In this document: piece after piece, positions 41,950 through 46,833 of the stretch
How the letters are laid out: every line of letters begins with the position of its first letter
Numbering within the stretch: the stretch's first letter is position 1
NCBI GenBank assembly: GCA_035648655.1
Contig: DASRLC010000048.1
Location: forward strand, 1 to 46,833
Direction of reading: 5' to 3'
Length of the DNA stretch: 46,833 bases
Origin: Polyangia bacterium
GTDB taxonomy: Bacteria; Myxococcota_A; Polyangia; Fen-1088
The notes under the pieces: model-generated
Database searches by the model: none
What the model saw: only the letters and a program-made list of their open reading frames with translations
Told to the model about the DNA's origin: nothing
Position numbers and translations under genes: made by a program

Positions 41950-42783
41950 TCAGCGATAGGTGACATCCAGTCCGACCACGCTCTGAACGTACGCGAATGG
42001 CTCTCCATCTGGGGCGCCGGCCGGTTTTTTCGTCTTCTGGTGGGAGATACCCAATGTCGCTCCGGCCCCCAGACCGGCGCCAACGACTTTGTGCGTAGGT
42101 AAGGCAATGGCGCCCAGCGCCGCCCCGCTTCCGATGGCTACGAGGCTCCGCACGCTGCGAATGATCGAGACGGTGAACGACTCGCTCATGCTCTTGCAGA
42201 GGTCGGCTATCGCCTTATCGATGTGATCCATCACGGATCGCATCTGCGTCGCCTGATCACCTGCCTTCAGAACTGCTTCCCGCAGACCGTCCATGTGGAC
42301 CCGGAATGCATGGAGTTCGTCCTGGCGCCTCCGCTTGAAGTCCAAGATCGCCGCTATGGGTACCTGTACCGACGGGACAGGAAGACATTCCGTTAGATCA
42401 AAAGCCAGCGCCTCGGTGTCCGGGAAAGGTTCCGGCCAGACGCCCGAGCCGCCGCTGGTCTTCGCGACCGCCCAAGCACCCGGTTCAAGCTGCCGACGCT
42501 GCTGGTACACCACCCCCTCGGATTGAAGAATGGTGTCGCCGAAGATCACGCCGCGGAGGAAGTGGTCGGGAACCGGTGTTCGACTGGCGATGCCTTCGCG
42601 CACCAATTCATCCCACTCGGCGCCGTACTCGATGGGAAGAACGCTCACTAAGGGAGCGTCGATCCGATCCCAGTAAGTGACGAGCCGTCTCAGGGCGGCT
42701 CCCATCTCCTCGCGCCGCTGTTTCACGGCGCGACCCGCCCCAAGGTCGACCCCGAAGAATGAAATGATTCCCCGCAACCTCAT
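41950..42783 (-). CDS. Hypothetical protein with a C-terminal Gly-rich membrane-like segment
   Basis: 277 aa from ATG 42783; the track ORF extends to a TTG at 42894. The C-terminus is LVAIGSGAALGAIALPTHKVVGAGLGAGATLG. Confidence 0.5.
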   Translation of the reverse strand: MRLRGIISFFGVDLGAGRAVKQRREEMGAALRRLVTYWDRIDAPLVSVLPIEYGAEWDELVREGIASRTPVPDHFLRGVIFGDTILQSEGVVYQQRRQLEPGAWAVAKTSGGSGVWPEPFPDTEALAFDLTECLPVPSVQVPIAAILDFKRRRQDELHAFRVHMDGLREAVLKAGDQATQMRSVMDHIDKAIADLCKSMSESFTVSIIRSVRSLVAIGSGAALGAIALPTHKVVGAGLGAGATLGISHQKTKKPAGAPDGEPFAYVQSVVGLDVTYR

Positions 42784-42950
42784 GCCGTCACCAGAGACCC
42801 AGTGTCCGCTCCGACTGTGACGGTCACTTCCAATATTCCCTTTCCATCTCGGCTCGGGTGTCTTCCATCGTGCCCAGAGCGTCGTACCACTCAATCATGG
42901 GATTTAATTTAAAGGGGATGTAGCTCGCCCGGCTGTTCCTATCCATCCGC

Positions 42951-43535
42951 CTATCCTGCGGCCTGGCGGCGTTCATGAGCGCGCGCTGGAGTCCCTGCAA
43001 TCTTCATGGCATCGATCCCGGAAAGGCTGATCGGGGACGATTCCTCTGGAGGGTCTGATCGGACCGCGCGAATTTCGGCCATGATCTTCTCCGCATAGTT
43101 CCGCGATATCCGTCCGGCTGCGATCATCCGGGTCAGCGACAGTACCCGCAGAATGAAATCGTGTTGGGGGGAGATGACCTGATCTCCACATTCCCATTTC
43201 GCGACGGTTTCACGCACGATTCCCATTCGGCTCGCAAGTTCTTCCTGAGTAACCCCGAGCCTGCGCCGGAAGTAACTGGCCTCAATCCCATTCAGCCGTC
43301 TCGGAAACCCTGCGAAGGTGACGACCATGTGATCCATGGCGAGGTTGATCGCGTGCCCGTCAATGGTCTCCCAGCCGCACTTGTCGCATTTCAGCCCGTC
43401 CATTCCCGTGAGGGTGACCTTGAACCCTACGTATTTTGAAAAGTCGTAGGATGCCAGCTTCGCGGGGTGCAGATGACCGCCGCAGTCGCAGGCCATGGGC
43501 CGAGCTACCTTCTTCTTTTGAGCGGCAACTTTCAT
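42951..43535 (-). CDS. MqsA-like antitoxin (zinc ribbon plus HTH), second copy in the window
   Basis: CDCGG...CDKCG zinc ribbon, then the HTH RRRLGVTQEELASRMGIVRETVAKWECG. The start ATG at 43535 overlaps the upstream toxin stop codon (ATGA). Confidence 0.75.
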   Translation of the reverse strand: MKVAAQKKKVARPMACDCGGHLHPAKLASYDFSKYVGFKVTLTGMDGLKCDKCGWETIDGHAINLAMDHMVVTFAGFPRRLNGIEASYFRRRLGVTQEELASRMGIVRETVAKWECGDQVISPQHDFILRVLSLTRMIAAGRISRNYAEKIMAEIRAVRSDPPEESSPISLSGIDAMKIAGTPARAHERRQAAG

Positions 43536-43858
43536 CGCTTCTCCCGTGGAGGAAGGACCGTGCAGAGGACGATCTCCTCCTGACCATCGTTGCCAATGAA
43601 TGCTTCGAATCCCACCGCTATCTCCATCGTCCCGTCGACATTCGAACCGTGCGCCCGCCAACAGGTTCCGTCATGCCTCGACGGCTCATCAAACGGCTCG
43701 ATCGATCTGCATCGCATAAACACGATTGAAACGTCGACGATCGTGACCTGACGCTTCAGGCAGCGCTCGTCGAAATGACGCGACGCGCGGAACCATCCCT
43801 CCTTCATCGCTGTTCGTGCCCATCTTCGTGCCTCCTCCCGCGTCTTGGGCCCTGGCAT
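43532..43858 (-). CDS. DUF4258-like putative toxin, second copy
   Basis: ASRHFDERCLKRQVTIVDVSIVFMRC...MEIAVGFEAF...EEIVLCTV fits the DUF4258 shape. The near-palindrome GTAGTTTAAAGCTAC (43863-43877) lies immediately upstream. Confidence 0.55.
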   Translation of the reverse strand: MPGPKTREEARRWARTAMKEGWFRASRHFDERCLKRQVTIVDVSIVFMRCRSIEPFDEPSRHDGTCWRAHGSNVDGTMEIAVGFEAFIGNDGQEEIVLCTVLPPREKR

Positions 43859-43980
43859 CGCTGTAGTTTAAAGCTACACCACATGCACTGGATTTCAAGC
43901 TCAAAAGGTGGCCTTCGGTGAACGGATCCGGCCGTGCCCGCCAATCGGCCCGCCCATAAGGTGAATTCGTAGAAGAGCAA

Positions 43981-44580
43981 CTAAGGATTGACCCGCGCGA
44001 CCTGAACATCCGTATAGTACGCAGCCATGACACTCCTGATACACATCGACGCGCCGAGGGCGAAGCTCGTGATCCACCTCCGACCCCGGCCGGGCGCCGC
44101 CGTGGCGTGCAACGCCAGAGGCCGACGTGGCAGTCGAGGACTGGCCGCGATCGCCGACGCGGTCTGGTGTGAGAGGCCTCGGCGCGCCACCAATGTGCCC
44201 GCCAAGTTCTCGACGGCGGCCCAGTTGGACGAGATGGCAGTCGCTGTCGCCTTGACGTTGAACTCGACCCCCTCTTTGGCATCCTTGGTCCCTCGGAAAA
44301 AGTCGGCGACGATCCCGAGGTCGCTGTAAGCGCCGGCGAAGAGTTGCCAGTACCATCGCGAGCGGCAAAGCCGAACCGCGACGATCCCACCAAGCGCGAT
44401 TCGGACCGCCTCGTCGTCGCCGCGGCGAACGCTGATTTGGCTCATGGCTCCGTTGGTGTCGGCAGTTCTGGCGAGCGCAACTTCTGCGAACGGACATCCC
44501 TCTTCGACCGCCATCAGCACGTGACCCCCCTCGTGAATGGCCGTGCGCCATCGTCGAGACCTATGGTTGTCCGAGGTCAC
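43981..44580 (-). CDS. HExxH zinc metallopeptidase-like protein (FtsH/M41 peptidase-domain-like)
   Basis: RTAIHEGGHVLMAV resembles the M41 active-site context. The C-terminal third is Arg/Ala/Pro-rich, so the true stop may lie earlier or the gene may be damaged. Confidence 0.5.
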   Translation of the reverse strand: MTSDNHRSRRWRTAIHEGGHVLMAVEEGCPFAEVALARTADTNGAMSQISVRRGDDEAVRIALGGIVAVRLCRSRWYWQLFAGAYSDLGIVADFFRGTKDAKEGVEFNVKATATAISSNWAAVENLAGTLVARRGLSHQTASAIAASPRLPRRPLALHATAAPGRGRRWITSFALGASMCIRSVMAAYYTDVQVARVNP

Positions 44581-44610
44581 GTCTTTTGGCCCCAGGCCCG
44601 CCTACCCGCC

Positions 44611-45102
44611 TCAGTTCACGACTTCCAGGGCCTTCTTACCCTGAAGCCGCTCGACCCATCGCAGCGCCGACTCGCCCCTGGCCCGCGTCTGGAGGATGAC
44701 CTGCCCATCGGACTGGACGACTATGTCCGTCTTCATGCACCGGCCGTGGACATAGTCGGCGTCAAAGTGGAGCTCGCCCCTGACGAACGACAGGCAGTCG
44801 AAGAGATCGGCAACCGTGAACTCGTCCTTTTCCACGAAGTCGGCGTCAGAGTTGCCGCGCGGCCGAGCGTCGTTGAACGACAGTGCGGCCAGCGTGAAGA
44901 TGACCCCGAAGGCACCCCATTCGACTTGATCCTCGCCGTCCCCGCCGTCCAAGCCGCCGAGTTGAAGCGCGATCCGCACGAACGAGGTCTCGCCGTCAGC
45001 CGCAGGCTCAACCTTCGTATCGACGATCTCGAACTCGACGAGCGCACCTGTTTCGATGAGCTTGTAGCCGGCGGGACGGTCAGAACTGGACATGGGATGC
45101 AA
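44611..45102 (-). CDS. Hypothetical protein
   Basis: 163-aa acidic ORF upstream of and co-directional with the HExxH gene. The composition is protein-like and no motif was found. Confidence 0.5.
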   Translation of the reverse strand: MHPMSSSDRPAGYKLIETGALVEFEIVDTKVEPAADGETSFVRIALQLGGLDGGDGEDQVEWGAFGVIFTLAALSFNDARPRGNSDADFVEKDEFTVADLFDCLSFVRGELHFDADYVHGRCMKTDIVVQSDGQVILQTRARGESALRWVERLQGKKALEVVN

Positions 45103-45164
45103 CTCTAGCCAAACGTTCCGCCGTTCGACAGTCCGATCGTCGCGTCGGCGTCGGAACGACCCGC

Positions 45165-45338
45165 TTCGTCGAGCGCGACGAGAATCTCCTGGTGTTCGGG
45201 CTGCCCGGCCGAGGCAAAACCCACGTCGTCGCCGCCATTGGACATGAGCTCGTCCAGCGTGGCTATCGCGTCCTCTTCAAGCCGACCTTCGCCCTCGACC
45301 AGACGCTGCTCGCCGCCAAGCGGGACCTACGCCTCTAA
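45165..45338 (+). pseudogene. IS21-family IstB helper ATPase fragment
   Basis: The frame with no start codon translates to FVERDENLLVFGLPGRGKTHVVAAIGHELVQRGYRVLFKPTFALDQTLLAAKRDLRL*. This is the IstB Walker A region only, with both ends of the gene missing. Confidence 0.6.
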
Positions 45339-45361
45339 CGCGAGCTCGCGTCCCGGGGCGC

Positions 45362-45670
45362 CTAGGCGATTGCGTCCTTCACGGCCTTGACCGGTCGCGC
45401 CTTCACGACCTTCCTCGCGGGCTTCGCTTTAAAGACGGTCGGCTCCTTCGTGAAGGGATTGATTCCCTTTCGTGCCTTCGTGGCGGGCTTCTTCACGACC
45501 ACGAATTTCGCGAACCCAGGTACGACGAACACGCCGGACTTCTTGATCTCCTTGTGCCCCACCGTGACGAGCGCCTCGACGATCGATTTCACCTGGCGCT
45601 TGGTCGTGCCGTCCGTCTGGAGGTTTGTGATGGACTCGATCAGCGCGGACTTCGACAGTGCGGTCGGCAT
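45362..45670 (-). CDS. HU/IHF-family histone-like DNA-binding protein
   Basis: MPTALSKSALIESITN...VEALVTVGHKEIKKSGVFVVPGFAKFVVVKKPATKARKGINPFTKEPTVFKAKPARKVVKARP. ATG is preceded by AAGGAGA. The longer track ORF reaching 46081 is an upstream extension. Confidence 0.9.
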   Translation of the reverse strand: MPTALSKSALIESITNLQTDGTTKRQVKSIVEALVTVGHKEIKKSGVFVVPGFAKFVVVKKPATKARKGINPFTKEPTVFKAKPARKVVKARPVKAVKDAIA

Positions 45671-46043
45671 GCGGTGTCTCCTTAGAGGTGGAAAAGTGCC
45701 GGCGATGGTGCGCGAAGACCTAAATAGCTGTAAAGGGGCCGCCCAGGCCCCAGTGGCTCTGGCTCCTCTGCCGGCGGCCGTTCCATCGTTCGCTTCGGTG
45801 ACCGACACCAAAGGTGCCCTGGTCAATAATTTCGCCGCGGATCTCGAGCTGCGAAATCGGGAGAACGCACTCTCGTCCTCGATCTCCTTCCAGGCGCCGG
45901 CACCGGGAGAGCGCGCGAGGGCGGCATGAGGAGAATTCCGGCGGCGCCAGAAGTAGCTCCGCGACGGCTTCAGGGTCAGTACCTTCCAGCTCCGAGTTCT
46001 GCGAGGCGCGGCCCGTGCGCGCCACCGCCCAACGCGATGGTGT

Positions 46044-46655
46044 TTGCCGCCGCGATTAAGCTCGCCGAGCGCCTCCGGCATCGCTGACCCACCGGCTATC
46101 CCAACTTCGTCACGGGCCCCCCTTGAATGGGCCTGCGCAGCCGTTCAGTATTGCCGGTTCGTGCCTGTCAGCCAGCCCACCCATAAGGTGACCTCCACCA
46201 ATTGCGGCCGTGCCCGGCGCGTCGACGCGTTCTCCGGAGCTTGGTCGAGGGTGGCGTGCCCAGCTTGCCTCGAGGCCTCCAAGCGGCCGCCGCCACCGTC
46301 CGGGCCGAACAACCACAAGGTCCGCTCGACCGCGTGTGGCCTCGCCCGCACTGACGACGTTTTTTCCGGGGACTGGTCGAAGGTCACCTGCGCCGACTGC
46401 ATCAAGCTCTGGCCCGGCGCGCCCGTTCCCACCTGTCGGCACTGCCACGCTCTGGTCACCGGTCGCTGCATCCATGTCACCCTCAAGGACGCATGGCTGC
46501 ATGACACCTGCGTCGACGAGTTCAAACTGACCCCTGAAGGGATCGCCGCTTTCCGGCCTGGGGCAGATCCCTACCTCAACGCCAAGTGCCCTCGCTGCGG
46601 CCGACCCGGAGTCCACCCCGACGGTCGACCCTGCACGGGGCCCCCCGCGCGCTGA
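46044..46655 (+). CDS. Cys-rich hypothetical protein with an internally duplicated motif
   Basis: The repeats are HKVTSTNCGRARRVDAFSGAWSRVACPACLE and HKVRSTACGLARTDDVFSGDWSKVTCADCIK, followed by CRHC and CPRC. Third-position G/C is high. The start is uncertain; GTG 46161 is an alternative. Confidence 0.5.
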   Translation: MPPRLSSPSASGIADPPAIPTSSRAPLEWACAAVQYCRFVPVSQPTHKVTSTNCGRARRVDAFSGAWSRVACPACLEASKRPPPPSGPNNHKVRSTACGLARTDDVFSGDWSKVTCADCIKLWPGAPVPTCRHCHALVTGRCIHVTLKDAWLHDTCVDEFKLTPEGIAAFRPGADPYLNAKCPRCGRPGVHPDGRPCTGPPAR

Positions 46656-46740
46656 CGATCGCCGGCCCGTGCGATCGGCAAAGTCGGCCCGATCACGATC
46701 GAGACCCAAGCGGCGCGAGCCGACAGGACACCCGCTCCCA

Positions 46741-46786
46741 TGACGAATTACCTCAAGTCGACCCACCGGCTTGAGGTGATTCGTCA
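46741..46786 (+). terminator. Strong hairpin, probable intrinsic terminator
   Basis: The arms TGACGAATTACCTCAAG and CTTGAGGTGATTCGTCA form a 17-bp stem. Its single non-Watson-Crick position is a G-U pair in plus-strand RNA. The loop is 12 nt, and the hairpin is followed by TCTTGTT. It begins about 85 nt after the stop at 46655. Confidence 0.45.
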
Positions 46787-46833
46787 TCTTGTTCGACCAG
46801 CTTCGACCGGAGCTCGATCGCGCGGGGGGGCGG

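Overview
This is high-GC bacterial DNA. The gene content (an FHA-type sigma-54 activator, Cys-rich lipoproteins with DADGDG(W/Y)G motifs, Ser/Thr-kinase signalling) suggests a myxobacterium-like host, but that is inference only. All protein-family calls were made by eye from motifs in the supplied translations. No database search was run.

The window reads as an accessory or mobile island in four parts.

(1) 0.7-14.5 kb, maintenance backbone of a mobile element. It holds a small wHTH gene and an AT-rich region followed by 22-bp-phased iterons. It also encodes a type IA topoisomerase, a sigma-54 activator, a sigma-54 promoter, an alternative sigma factor and two tandem Cys-rich lipoproteins. 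A RadC-like JAB protein, a SprT-like protease operon, a DUF4258/MqsA-like toxin-antitoxin pair and an AP2-domain protein complete it.

(2) 14.6-25.7 kb, one tightly coupled co-directional gene string. The order is DUF4236, vWA (TerY-like), PP2C phosphatase, Ser/Thr kinase, an 85-aa ORF, SNF2 helicase, SbcD-like nuclease and hook-less SbcC/YhaN-like ATPase. The first part is a recognisable TerY-P triad. Its physical fusion to a helicase/nuclease/SMC-like trio is my leading candidate for an undescribed system.

(3) 26.6-37.0 kb, a second defence-type block. It contains an unknown protein plus an XRE-ImmA/IrrE protein, an Abi_C protein and an Mrr-like nuclease. Divergent from these are an MmeI/PglX-like N6-adenine methyltransferase and a 1088-aa fusion protein (three zinc ribbons, an SNF2-like helicase and an Rrp8-like methyltransferase). 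This is the second candidate novel system.

(4) 37-46.8 kb, mixed cargo and decay. It includes an SseB-like gene, a truncated RelE-type toxin with an intact antitoxin and a G1 (eqolisin-like) glutamic peptidase. There is also a second DUF4258/MqsA-like pair, an HExxH peptidase, an IS21 IstB fragment, an HU gene and a Cys-repeat protein.

No rRNA, tRNA, CRISPR array, integrase or conjugation genes were seen. Many long ORFs in the track are Arg/Ala/Pro-rich antisense or off-frame shadows typical of high-GC DNA, and I did not call them.
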